A stretch of 64,000 nt of DNA. Source: a virus. The stretch spans positions 45,479 through 109,478 of IMG/VR virus record IMGVR_UViG_3300021511_000005, one strand, 5' to 3'. This document shows positions 35,856 to 46,400 of this stretch, one piece after another (within the stretch, counting starts at the first letter, position 1; each line of letters begins with the position of its first letter). Below the pieces are notes generated by a model. That model saw only the letters and a program-made list of their open reading frames with translations. It was not told the origin of the DNA and did no database searches. A program made the translations under genes and the position numbers.

Positions 35856-37939
35856 TGCAGCGATACCCGGTGATGGGGCGGGTCCCCAAGGTCCTGCTGC
35901 GGAACACCAAGCCCACCCCCACGCCGGTTATCAACGGGACGACGGTTCCGCCCATCCGGGAGCTGGTTAACGCGGAGCTGACGCCGGAGCGAATCGCCGC
36001 AGCGGTGGAGCTGGCGGGCACCGCGGCCCAGCACGATCCGGGCTGGAGCTGCGCCTACGATCAGCTGCTGCGGACCAGCTGCTGCTTCTTCGCGACGGAG
36101 AAGATCCGGGGCCCCCAGGAGGAGCCCTATAACGGCAAGTTCCTGGTGGGACGCCATCACCTGGAGTGGGACAAGATGATCCCGCGCTACGACCGGATGA
36201 ATATCCTGGCGGCGCGGGACCACGGCAAGTCCTTCTTCTGGACGCTGGCCTACCCTATCTGGAAGGCCGGCTACAACAAGCCTGGGAGCTTGGGTTACAT
36301 CTTCAGTTCGACGCAGCCGGAGGCGGAGAAGTTCCTCCGGATGATCAAGGACGAGATCCTCGAGAATCCGGAGTTCGCCCACCTGATCCCTTACACGCGG
36401 GACCGCTACTGGTCGGCCAAGGAGATCAAGCTCCGCAACGGGTCGGTCATCAGGGCGCGCGGCTTCGGGGTCAAGGTCAGGGGCGGGCACCCCGACTGGG
36501 TCATTGCGGATGACGTCCTGGACGATGAAGACATCTATTCGGAGACTATCCGCCGGCGCAACGTGGACTACTTCTTGTCCGCCATCGCCAACATGGTTCC
36601 GATGCAGGAGCATGTGGTTGAGCACAAGCGGGCTCAACTAGTGGTCGTCGGGACTCCGATGCACCAGGCGGATCTCTATGCGGCGCTGGACTCCACAGGT
36701 GAGTACGAGTGTCGGAAGTATCCCTGCAGGAACAAGGCGGGGGAGCTGTTGTTCCCCGAGCGCTACAGTGAAGCCACGTTACTCCGTAAGCGGCGGGAGC
36801 TGAAGTCAGAGGCCCGGTTCGCCAGGGAGTTCATGTGTGAACCGCTGAGCGATGAGGCCAGCCTCTTCCCCTCAAAACTGTTCGTGGGAAAGACGGTCAG
36901 CGGGGACGCGATTCGTGTGCCCTACAAGTTGGGGATGCCTGCGAGTTACTGGGAGGCCAAGGGCTGCTTGCGCTATACCGGCGTGGACATCGCGATGTCC
37001 GCGGAGACCGGGGGCGACTACTTCGTGATCTTCACGGTCGCGGTGGACCAGGCGGGCAACCGCTGGATCGCCAACATCACCCGTAAGAAGGGGATCAGCT
37101 TCCAGGCTCAGCTCGACTTGATCAAGGACGAGTACTATCTCTTGAAGCCCGAGACCATCCTGATTGAGGCGAACCAGATGCAGCGGGTCTGGGCCGACGA
37201 GATTGTCCGGGAGACAGACCTACCAGTGAAGAAGTTCTTCACGACGGGCGTGGGTGGAACGCAACCGGATCAACCCTGGAAGAAGGGAGCCACGTCCATC
37301 AGCGTCAACAAGAATCACCTGGACCGTGGCGTTCCGGCGCTGCGGATCTCCCTTGAGAACGGCAAGTGGCGGATTCCGCGCGGGGACGCGGAGGCCATCG
37401 AGACCACTGACTACTGGATTGGGGAGATGGGTGCCATTGGCTGGATCGATGGGAAGGTCCAGTCAGTGGGCGAGCATGACGACACTGTGATGGCCTGCTG
37501 GATGTGCAACACGGCGGTCACCATGGGCGCGGCCGCGAAGCTCGACATGATCGAGACCGGTCCGGAGGAGCGTCGGGCTATCTTGGCGGCGCCGAAGCCG
37601 GAGGAGCTGATGGGAGAAGACGAGGTCAACACTTTGGAGCAGGACACCAGGAAGGCTTTGGCCGCCGTCCACAGCGGTAAGAAGACCAGCCTGGACCGGG
37701 ACACCTACATCATGGGGGGCCGGGATGCTTTGCAACACTACGCCGGTCAGTGCGTGGACTGGGGTGATGAGACCCGGGCGGTGGTGGTGCTGGAGGAGAT
37801 CAAGCGGCTGGACCGGTTACACGGGGTCCGTGCTGGAGACGTCCACCTTGCATCTGCGGAACGCGGAAGGTATGTTCAAGGCGCCGATTGGGCACCCCAG
37901 GAGCACGCCCCAACCGCCGAAGATCTTGGTGTTACCTAG
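35855..37939 (+). CDS. terL: terminase large subunit
   Basis: Walker A AARDHGKS, VRGGHPD, Walker B IADDVLDD, VVGTP, GVDIA, HDDTVMACW; C-terminal extension. Confidence 0.92.
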   Translation: MQRYPVMGRVPKVLLRNTKPTPTPVINGTTVPPIRELVNAELTPERIAAAVELAGTAAQHDPGWSCAYDQLLRTSCCFFATEKIRGPQEEPYNGKFLVGRHHLEWDKMIPRYDRMNILAARDHGKSFFWTLAYPIWKAGYNKPGSLGYIFSSTQPEAEKFLRMIKDEILENPEFAHLIPYTRDRYWSAKEIKLRNGSVIRARGFGVKVRGGHPDWVIADDVLDDEDIYSETIRRRNVDYFLSAIANMVPMQEHVVEHKRAQLVVVGTPMHQADLYAALDSTGEYECRKYPCRNKAGELLFPERYSEATLLRKRRELKSEARFAREFMCEPLSDEASLFPSKLFVGKTVSGDAIRVPYKLGMPASYWEAKGCLRYTGVDIAMSAETGGDYFVIFTVAVDQAGNRWIANITRKKGISFQAQLDLIKDEYYLLKPETILIEANQMQRVWADEIVRETDLPVKKFFTTGVGGTQPDQPWKKGATSISVNKNHLDRGVPALRISLENGKWRIPRGDAEAIETTDYWIGEMGAIGWIDGKVQSVGEHDDTVMACWMCNTAVTMGAAAKLDMIETGPEERRAILAAPKPEELMGEDEVNTLEQDTRKALAAVHSGKKTSLDRDTYIMGGRDALQHYAGQCVDWGDETRAVVVLEEIKRLDRLHGVRAGDVHLASAERGRYVQGADWAPQEHAPTAEDLGVT

Positions 37940-37952
37940 CTAGGAGAGGCCC

Positions 37953-40900
37953 TTGTCCCATTACCTACGGAATCCCCTGATACCGGGGCAAGGCCCCAAG
38001 CTGGTGATAGGTATGCGGAACCTGCGGAACGATGTCCGCGTGGACACGTCTGCGCTGGCGGAGTTGACCCGGCCGCCGAAGCCCCTGGGCCGGCCGGTCA
38101 TACCCGGCGGGGAGCATGAGTACCGCTCCGCGGATGAGGTCGCCAAGGGTCTGGGACTCAACCACGACCAGGAGCGGGACTTTCTCCAGGCGATGAAGGC
38201 CTGGTTGAGCGAGCCCAACGTGGTGTCCTTCCGCAAGTCGCTGGTCCGCGGTCTGCGGAAGATGGCACCCGGCAACGGTCCGTTGCGTGGGGAGCTGGCG
38301 CGCCGGGCGGTTCAGGTCTGGAAGGCCACAAGGGGGAACCACCCCTCTCGGACCTACGGACGGGAGGGGCAGCCCCAGGACATCATCCGCAAGGCCAAGA
38401 AGGACAAGCCTATCAGCGGTCAGTTGGGGTTGTTTGGGGGGACGCTGCCCAAGGGCGTCACAGTGGGCAAGCCCAAGAAGCCCAAGAAGCAGGTGAAGGC
38501 CGCGGCGGCGAGTGCGGGCTGGCAGGCGATCCCCGCGGGGAAGCACGGCGGCCAGCGCCGGCGGAAGGGCAATAAGTGGGAGTACCGCTACCCCGATGGT
38601 AAGGGAGGCTGGTCAGGCCAGCCCCAGAAGGCTGAGCCCAAACCGGTGAAGGTCCCAGAGCTGAAGCCCGAGGCCCGGAAGATGGCGTACAAGGGCCTGC
38701 GGACCTGGGTCACCGCGAGCGGTCACGGGACGACCAAGGAGGAGCTGGAGCAGCGACTGGCCGCGGCGCTCGAGGCCCAGAAGCAGTCCGAGGTATTTAG
38801 CTTCAAGGTGACGCACGTCAAGCGGGAGAAGGCCCAGAAGCATGACGACGGCCGATCGGTCCCCGCCTATGACGAGTGGGACGTGGAGGTCGAGCACCAG
38901 GCTGCCATTCCCGGTCACCAGTTGACCGGCAAGATCGAAACGGCCACTGGCGTGGTGACGCTGTTCCACGACAAAGCTACCGTTTCCAAGGACGATTACG
39001 CGCGGGCGCAGAGGGGCGTCTGTGACGTCTGCAAGACCAAGCGTCGGCGGAATTCGGTCTTCGTGGTGCAGCGGGAATCCGACGATAAGCACTTGTTGGT
39101 GGGTGGAGAGTGTTCCAAGAAGTTCAAGGGGGCCAATCTGTGGCGGTTGGCCAACGCCATGGAGGAGGTGGACCTGGGCGGCGCCATCGCGGATGCCTTT
39201 GACGAGGGAGAGGGCTTCGGCGGTGGTGGTGGTGGCGGACCCCGGTCCGCGGAGCCCCACGATCTGCTGGGGACAGCGTTGTGGCTCGTCCGTAAAGAGG
39301 GCTATATCGGCGGCGCGGATGCAGATGCCGAGATGACCATGTCCACACCCGATCGGGTCAAGGAGATCCTGGCCGGGGGGAAGGCCGCCCCAACCAAGGA
39401 GGAGCAAGCCGAGATTGATCGGGAAGCCGAGCTGATCAAGAAGGACCTTCCCGAGATTCGGAAATGGATCCAGGAACGCATCCCCACGGACCCGGACGCG
39501 GTCATCACCAAGGACATCGCGTTTGCGGTGACGGTGGACAAGCTCCTGGGCTCCGATTTCATCGAGCCCAAGCACTTCAGCCGCGTGGTGTGGGTTCCAC
39601 ATCGCTACTACAAGATGGTTCAGCGGCGTGAACAGAAGGCGAAGGCCAAGCCCTACGAGGCTCCCCACGCCAAGATGCACAACCTCCCCGGTGAGTGGAC
39701 GATCTTGTCCAACACCGTCAAGGACTCGGACTACGGTTCCTACAACTCGGTGACCGCGATGGACGCGGAGGGACACAAGATCTGGTTCCGCCAGACAGAC
39801 GCCTACGATCTGAAGGAGGGGGACAAGGTCACGCTCCGCGGCAAGCTCAAGGATCAGAAGGACACCATCACGTTCATGTCCCACATGAAGGTGAAGAATC
39901 TGTCCGAGGAGAAGCGGCAGTCTGTGATCGAGGCCGAAGCCGAGGAGTTCCGCAAGGAGCGGGCGCGGCGGATGGCGAGTACGGATCCGAAGGAAATCGT
40001 CCAGGTCAAGATGCACGAGGCCTATGATCCAACACCAGGCGGCACTGAGCGCCAGTCGGCCTTCCGCAAGAAGCTGGTCAAGGCTGTGGTGGCTTTGATG
40101 AAGGAAGGCGCCGAGATCCCCCACGACGCCCTGTATACGACGTGGGATTACTTCGACGGCTACGGCGACGACAAACGACCCGAGAAGGAGAAGCGCGGGG
40201 ACCCGGTAGCCGCCGCGGCTACACGCCAGTATGCCAAGGTCCAGGCCGGCGAGAATCCGGTCAACGCCAAGGAGCTGTTGGAGCTGTTACCCGAGGTGGG
40301 GGCTCGCATGATCCGCAAGAAGTTGGGGGAAGAGGCAGCCAAGTGGATCTTCAAGCGGGCCGGCCTGGCCAAGTCCATGGATGATGATTTGGCGAGGCTG
40401 CGGCCGCGGATGATCCTTCAGCCCACGAGTCACCCTATGGAGCTGGTATGGATGGCCGAAGAGGTCCCGGACAATCTCCACGAGACCTGGAAGCGGATGC
40501 CTCCGGGTTGGCCGGCCGCCGATGAGATCCTCAAGGCGAAGTACTTCAAGCGGACGGGCTCGCCGGGAAACTACGTTTACTACTACAAGCGAGACGATGG
40601 ATCGGTCCAGGCCGTCCGCCAGAAGATGCACCCGGAGGGTGATCCTCGGAGGCGGGGTCCCTACAAGAAGACCAAGAACGCCAAGGGAGAGACCGTTTAC
40701 ACCGGCGGGGAGAAGCCGCCGGGCGCGGGCTGGGAGAAGATCCCGGAGAGTCCACACGGCGGGATGCGGCGGCCGGTGAGCGGCGGCAAGGTCCGTCAGT
40801 GGGAGTTCTGGTATCCGGGTGGGGGGGAGAAGCAGACGGCGATGTTCGGTGGTGGGGGTGCAGCCCCGCCGGCACCGGCGGCACCCGAAGCGGCCAAGGG

Positions 40901-43403
40901 TGGCCCGGTCAAGTGGTCCAAGACGGATGGCGGCTACGAAGCCCGCGGCGGCTCCATCAAGATCCGGAAGCAGGGCAAGAAGTGGGAGATGGTCTACTAC
41001 GGCGAGACCATCCCCATCACCACCAGGAAGCCGAGCTTCGACCACGCGGAGGGTTTGATTCGCGAGCGTGAGGCGCCAAAGCAGACCGACCTGTTCCGTG
41101 CCCTGATGGCCACGGGTCTCTTCGAGCTGCGGAAGGCGGCGGGGCACAAGTACTTGAAGCGGATCCCCACGGGCAAGCCCAAGCCCAAGTATCGCTACAT
41201 CTACCGCCAGCCCAAGGGTGGGCTCACCAGCTCCAGGGACATCCAGGCCGGCGCCAAATTCAAGGTGGAGCACGCCGGCAAGTTGGGTCACTTCGAGGTC
41301 AAGGGCCACGACGCCCACAACGGAATCGTGACGCTGCAGCATGACGAGTCGGGCAGGATCGCCCATATCCGGGAGAAGGACCTACACCGGATGATCACCA
41401 GCCACCACGAGAAGCAGACCAAGAAGGTTACCGAGAAGCCGGACGAGTTCGCGGCAGAGCGGGCGGAGCTGCGCCAACGGCTGGCCACGAGTGAGGCCAA
41501 GCGCCGGCGCGCGGAGAAGAAGGCCCCCAAGAAGCCGGAGGCCAAGGGGCCCGTTCCGGAGCTTCCGCGGGCGAGCCTGGAAGACCTGGGCAAGGGTGGC
41601 TACGACAAGATCGAGGGCTTCAGTGCCGACCCGAAGGATCTGGAGACGCAGGCGTCCCTGATGGGGGGCGATCGGGAGTATGCGATCATTCCCCAGGCCG
41701 GTGGTCACGTTCTGGCGAGCCGGGCCAAGGCCAGCGGGACGGTCAAGGAGGCCAAGGGAGACAAGGCGGAGCTGGTGATGCGGGGCTCCAAGGGCAAGAG
41801 CCTGGACAAGGTGGAGGTGGAGTACGTGGTGATGGAGGCCAAGGACCTGGTGGCCAGTCATGATCCCACAAGCTTCGAGCCCCGGGCGGCCTATCCCGAG
41901 GGCGTCCAGGAGCGGCGTTACGAGGTCCAGGGCTCCGGTGATCAGGGCAAGATCGATCGCATTGCGCGGGAAATGGAGCCGGCGCTGATGGTCAACACCA
42001 ATCCGTCCGCCATCGACGGGTCCCCGATGGTCACCGAGGAGGGGATCGTCCTGGGCGGCAACGGGCGAACCATGGGCCTGCAGCGGGCCTATCAGCTCTA
42101 TCCAGAGAAGGCTCAGGAGATGAAGGACTACCTGGCCAAGCATGCCCGCGGCTTCGGCGTTAGCTCCGCAGAGCTGTCCAAGATGAAGCAGCCGGTCCTG
42201 GTGCGGCGGATGAAGGCGGAGACCAAGGATCTGACCGCGCTGGGTCGGCGGATGAATGAGGCGCTGACCCAAGGCATGGACCCGCGGACCATCGAGGTCG
42301 CGCTGGGTCAGAACTACGTCACGCCCGAGCTGATGGACAGCCTCACCCACAACATGGACCCGGGCCAGTCGATGTCCGAGTTCCTGCGGACCGCCAAGTC
42401 CCGCCCCTTCGTGGAGGCGCTCGAGCGCGCCGGCGTTATCGACCAGTACAACAAGGACGAGTTCGTGGAGAAGGGAAAGGGTGTCCTGAACGAGGACGGC
42501 CGGATGCGGGTGGAGCGAGTTCTGACCGCTCGCATGATCCCGGATGCCAGCGCCTTGTCCCGGATGGGGACCAAGCTCCGGCAGACCATCGCCAAGAGCG
42601 TCCCTTCCCTGATCCAGATGGAGCGCAACGGGTGGAGCGTCCAGGAGGCGCTGGAGCTGGCCGTCAAGGTGGACAACGACATGCGGCTGGAAGGCTTCAG
42701 CGGCGGGACCCGGACGTCCAAGAAGGCAGGCGGCAAGATCAAGATCCCGATGTCCGAGCACCGCGAGTCCTACAGGCAGCAGCAGACCCTGGGGGACAGC
42801 CTTCAGCGCCAGATCGAAGGGAACCCGCTGGCCCAGCTCCTGCTCGAGACGATCCAGGACAAGGCGGACAAGAACATGCCGTCCAAGTGGCGTCAGGTGG
42901 CGCTCGAGGCGGATCGCCAACGGGCGCGCAAGGCCTCCGCCGGTGAAGCTAAGGGTCAGGCCATGCTGGGCGGCGAGGACATCGTGGAGGAGCGGTCCTT
43001 GGAGGACAGCATCCGCGGCGCGTTCGGGCTGAAGAAGCAGGCCCAGCAGGGTGGCCTGTTCGCCATGAGCCTCCCGGAGCCGGATCTGGTGAAGGCCGGC
43101 GCGGAGCTGACCAGCTACCTGATGCACGCGGTCTTGTGGGAGGTCGAGAACCTGATCCGCGGGGCGGTGGTGGACGGGAAGCCCCCGAGCGGCGGGCAGC
43201 TTTTGCCGCGGCTCCAGGCCTTCATCAAGGACCAGGCCGCGGCGGACCAGAAGTTCGCCCAAGCTTTGGGCGCTCATCCCCTGAGTTCGGAGGCCCTGAA
43301 GGGGCTCCTGAAGGCCTCCGCGATGTCACGATCGACAGACCTGGCCAAGAGCATGGCTCGCTCGAGCCTGCATGCCAGCTGGAGGGATTTGTATGCCGGC
43401 TAA
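37953..43403 (+). CDS. 1816-aa polyvalent head-associated protein (Zn-finger/OB module; DdrB-like ParB module)
   Basis: CDVC...RRRN.VFV...VGGEC and C-terminal OB-like strand set; YVVMEAKDLVASHD...QER.Y...DGSPMV...VLGGNGRTMGL...PVLVRR (DdrB-ParB). TTG start with AGGAGAGG RBS. Confidence 0.8.
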   Translation: MSHYLRNPLIPGQGPKLVIGMRNLRNDVRVDTSALAELTRPPKPLGRPVIPGGEHEYRSADEVAKGLGLNHDQERDFLQAMKAWLSEPNVVSFRKSLVRGLRKMAPGNGPLRGELARRAVQVWKATRGNHPSRTYGREGQPQDIIRKAKKDKPISGQLGLFGGTLPKGVTVGKPKKPKKQVKAAAASAGWQAIPAGKHGGQRRRKGNKWEYRYPDGKGGWSGQPQKAEPKPVKVPELKPEARKMAYKGLRTWVTASGHGTTKEELEQRLAAALEAQKQSEVFSFKVTHVKREKAQKHDDGRSVPAYDEWDVEVEHQAAIPGHQLTGKIETATGVVTLFHDKATVSKDDYARAQRGVCDVCKTKRRRNSVFVVQRESDDKHLLVGGECSKKFKGANLWRLANAMEEVDLGGAIADAFDEGEGFGGGGGGGPRSAEPHDLLGTALWLVRKEGYIGGADADAEMTMSTPDRVKEILAGGKAAPTKEEQAEIDREAELIKKDLPEIRKWIQERIPTDPDAVITKDIAFAVTVDKLLGSDFIEPKHFSRVVWVPHRYYKMVQRREQKAKAKPYEAPHAKMHNLPGEWTILSNTVKDSDYGSYNSVTAMDAEGHKIWFRQTDAYDLKEGDKVTLRGKLKDQKDTITFMSHMKVKNLSEEKRQSVIEAEAEEFRKERARRMASTDPKEIVQVKMHEAYDPTPGGTERQSAFRKKLVKAVVALMKEGAEIPHDALYTTWDYFDGYGDDKRPEKEKRGDPVAAAATRQYAKVQAGENPVNAKELLELLPEVGARMIRKKLGEEAAKWIFKRAGLAKSMDDDLARLRPRMILQPTSHPMELVWMAEEVPDNLHETWKRMPPGWPAADEILKAKYFKRTGSPGNYVYYYKRDDGSVQAVRQKMHPEGDPRRRGPYKKTKNAKGETVYTGGEKPPGAGWEKIPESPHGGMRRPVSGGKVRQWEFWYPGGGEKQTAMFGGGGAAPPAPAAPEAAKGGPVKWSKTDGGYEARGGSIKIRKQGKKWEMVYYGETIPITTRKPSFDHAEGLIREREAPKQTDLFRALMATGLFELRKAAGHKYLKRIPTGKPKPKYRYIYRQPKGGLTSSRDIQAGAKFKVEHAGKLGHFEVKGHDAHNGIVTLQHDESGRIAHIREKDLHRMITSHHEKQTKKVTEKPDEFAAERAELRQRLATSEAKRRRAEKKAPKKPEAKGPVPELPRASLEDLGKGGYDKIEGFSADPKDLETQASLMGGDREYAIIPQAGGHVLASRAKASGTVKEAKGDKAELVMRGSKGKSLDKVEVEYVVMEAKDLVASHDPTSFEPRAAYPEGVQERRYEVQGSGDQGKIDRIAREMEPALMVNTNPSAIDGSPMVTEEGIVLGGNGRTMGLQRAYQLYPEKAQEMKDYLAKHARGFGVSSAELSKMKQPVLVRRMKAETKDLTALGRRMNEALTQGMDPRTIEVALGQNYVTPELMDSLTHNMDPGQSMSEFLRTAKSRPFVEALERAGVIDQYNKDEFVEKGKGVLNEDGRMRVERVLTARMIPDASALSRMGTKLRQTIAKSVPSLIQMERNGWSVQEALELAVKVDNDMRLEGFSGGTRTSKKAGGKIKIPMSEHRESYRQQQTLGDSLQRQIEGNPLAQLLLETIQDKADKNMPSKWRQVALEADRQRARKASAGEAKGQAMLGGEDIVEERSLEDSIRGAFGLKKQAQQGGLFAMSLPEPDLVKAGAELTSYLMHAVLWEVENLIRGAVVDGKPPSGGQLLPRLQAFIKDQAAADQKFAQALGAHPLSSEALKGLLKASAMSRSTDLAKSMARSSLHASWRDLYAG

Positions 43404-46400
43404 CGTTGTGACGACTGGGACGGACGAGGCCCGGTGGGCCCGTGCGAAGGCAGCGGCGGCCAAGCAGGGAAAGGCCAAGAACTACGCGCTGGTGATGCAC
43501 ATCTACAAGCAGATGACCAAGGCGAAGGACCCGGATGAAGACGAGGGCGAGGCCCACAAGATGCCCATCCCGGGGATCCCCGCGAGCTGGAACAAGGGGG
43601 AGATTCTGACCGGTGGCGAGGGGGACAAGCGGCCGGACTCCGACTTTGACGCCACGGCGCTGAAGCAGGGGATCAAGGTGGAGTTCGAGCACACCACCAG
43701 CCGAGCGGTGGCGAAGGAGATCGCCAAGGACCACCTGACCGAAGACCCCCAATATTACAAGAAGCTGGCGACCATCGAGAAGGCGTTTCCAGGTCCGGCA
43801 GCTCCACCGGCGGGACATGCGGCCGGCGGCGCTCAGATTGGGGAGGTCCACGACTGGGGCCGGGGCAAGATGCGGAAGGTGGCTCCGGGTAAGTGGGAGC
43901 CGGTGACGGGGCCGCAGTCGGGGGCAAAACAGCAGCCCACAGGGCCAGAGCCAGCCACAGAGGGCACGGCGGACCATCACCGTCAGCAGGCCCTGGTCCA
44001 CACCCAGGCGGCCATGGCGCACGCCGTAGCTCACCAGAGCGCCAAGGAGCAAGAAGAGGCCGCCAAGCATGACGACAACGTCAGGGAGGCCAAGGAAGCC
44101 AGCCAGGAGGCTTACGAGGGCAAGGACGGCCGCCCGGTCGAGCCCCAGAGCCTGGAGGACAAGATCAAGGCTCTGATGGAAGAGCACGGCCAAGATGCGG
44201 TAGCCGCGGCTACCAGCAAGGCGGCCAAGGCCACAGCGGCCGGGCTGGACAAGGCTTTCCAGGCGGAGGCCAAGAAGGTGGCGGGCTCTGAGGGTGTCCA
44301 AGCGGCCGCCGGCGATGCCATCGCCGCGGCGGGCATCAAGAAGGGCGGAGAGGCTCCTAGCAAGTCTCAGGTGGACCAGGCGGTCAAGCACGCAGCCCAG
44401 GACCCCAACGTCAAGAAGGCGGCCCGGGATGGGCTGAAGGCGCTTGAGGGCCCCGGCGCGGACGCCTTGGTGTCGGGACTCGAGGCCGCGGTTCCGCCGG
44501 AGGAAAAGAAGAAGGCGAGCTGGAAGACCAAGGCGGCCGCGGTGGCCAAGATGATGATCCGGCCGTTTGTCTTCGGGTTCGTGGATAACTTCGTGATGTA
44601 TGTCGCGGGTTCCGCGGTGGACGGCGCTGTCCAGGGCGCTGGCTTCAGCTCTGCGGCCACGGCGGGGATCGGCAACGCCATCTCTGACGCGGTGGGCGAG
44701 ACCGCTGGCGGCTTGCTCGAACGGGCTCTACCGGACGAGGAGAAGCTGAAGGCGGAGCTGGGCAAGGACACCTACGAGAAGATGGAGAAGTTCCTGCAGC
44801 CGCTGGGGGTCTTTACCGGCGCGCTGCTGGGGATGATTCCGTTGGCCTTCGGGGTATCCTTCGGTAAATCTATGCGGCGGGAGATGGACATCCAGAAGGC
44901 CAGAGCCAAGGTCGCCGCGGGGCAGATGGGCTTCCAGTTTGGGGCGGCGAAGCCGGCCGGCGGCGGCGAGGGTTCGAGGGGTGGCGAAGTTGTGGGTCAC
45001 ACGGCCAGCGGCAAGGCCATTTACAAGAAGAAGGTCGCGGACCACGAGGCCAAGGCCAAGGAGCATGCCACCGCGGCAGCCAAGGCGACGGACCACGGTG
45101 TTCGGACCAAGCATTTGCACGCGGCCAAGGCTCACCAGGTTGCCGCGTCAGCCCACCGTATTGGGCACAAGGACGCGGACAAGGTGAGCACGGGGGCGGA
45201 AGGTTACAGCCGGCGAGCCCATCGGGCGCGGCCGACAGCGCCCCAGCGTCCTAAGCTTCAGCGGCCCACGTCTGCGGACCGTCCGCCGGGGATGCGAGCG
45301 AGGGCACCGGCAGCCAAGAAGGTGTCACAACCACACGCACAACCGGGCTCCGGCTCGCACCTGCAATTCTCAATGGAGGACAACATGGACATGAACAAGG
45401 CCGAGCTGCGGAAGTCTCTGATCAGTTTCCGCGGTCTGCGGAAGGGGCTGTACAACCGCGTGACCGAGTGGGCCGGTCAATTCATGGGGACGCCGCTGTA
45501 CGTGGAGGCGTTGCGCTGCCTGAAAGAGAAAGCCCAGTGCGACAAGGAGGCGGAGGCCACGCGGGCCAAGCATAAGTCTTGGCGTGAGCTGGAGGAGCTT
45601 CCGCGGAGTCGGCGCCAGGAGATGCGGAAGAAGCAGGACAAGGCCATGGACGTCCACCACCAGCGCAGCAGCAAGATCCTAGCGAAGATGGACGGTTTGG
45701 AGGAGAGGCTTCTGGACCACCAGATCGCGGAGGCGGAGCGGATGGGCAAGGGCGACGTGGACAAGGCCACGCCGATCAACCTTCCGGTGATCAAGTCCAC
45801 GGACGCTGTTGTCGAGGGGTTGGAGGAGCTGTTCAAAGCCGGCCAAGCGGCTGGACCTTTCCGCGGTCCCAAGGGTGGGCTGTGGGCTGATCCCGAGCAC
45901 AAGGTCCCCTATAAGCCGTTGGCGGGCAAGACGTCCAAAGCCGGACACAAGGGGGCCCACAAGGCTCATGTGATTCACCACGAGCGGGAGGCGGTCCGCG
46001 CGCGCAACAAGGGCAACGAGAAGGTGGCTGGCGCGCACCTGGACGCGGCGGACGCCCACAAGGTCGCGATGAAGGCCAAGCCCACTACGCTTGCGCGAGA
46101 GGCTGCCTATTCGGCTACCAAGAAGGCGAGTCACGACAAGGATCGGGCAATCCGGAAGCAGGCCTCGCACGTCAATAGCCACAAGGACCACGGGCATTAT
46201 GCCGCCCGGCTCCGCAGCTCGGCGGAGGAGGCCAAGCAGATGGGGATCGGCTCCCATGTAGACAAGTTGGCCCGGCAGCACGAACAGGCCAGCTCCGCCC
46301 ACAAGCACGCTGCGGAGATGCACGGTAAGGGGCACGAGTCCGCGGATGACCACAGCAAGGTGGCAGCCAAGGCCACGTCCACGGCCTTCGGGGATCCCAC

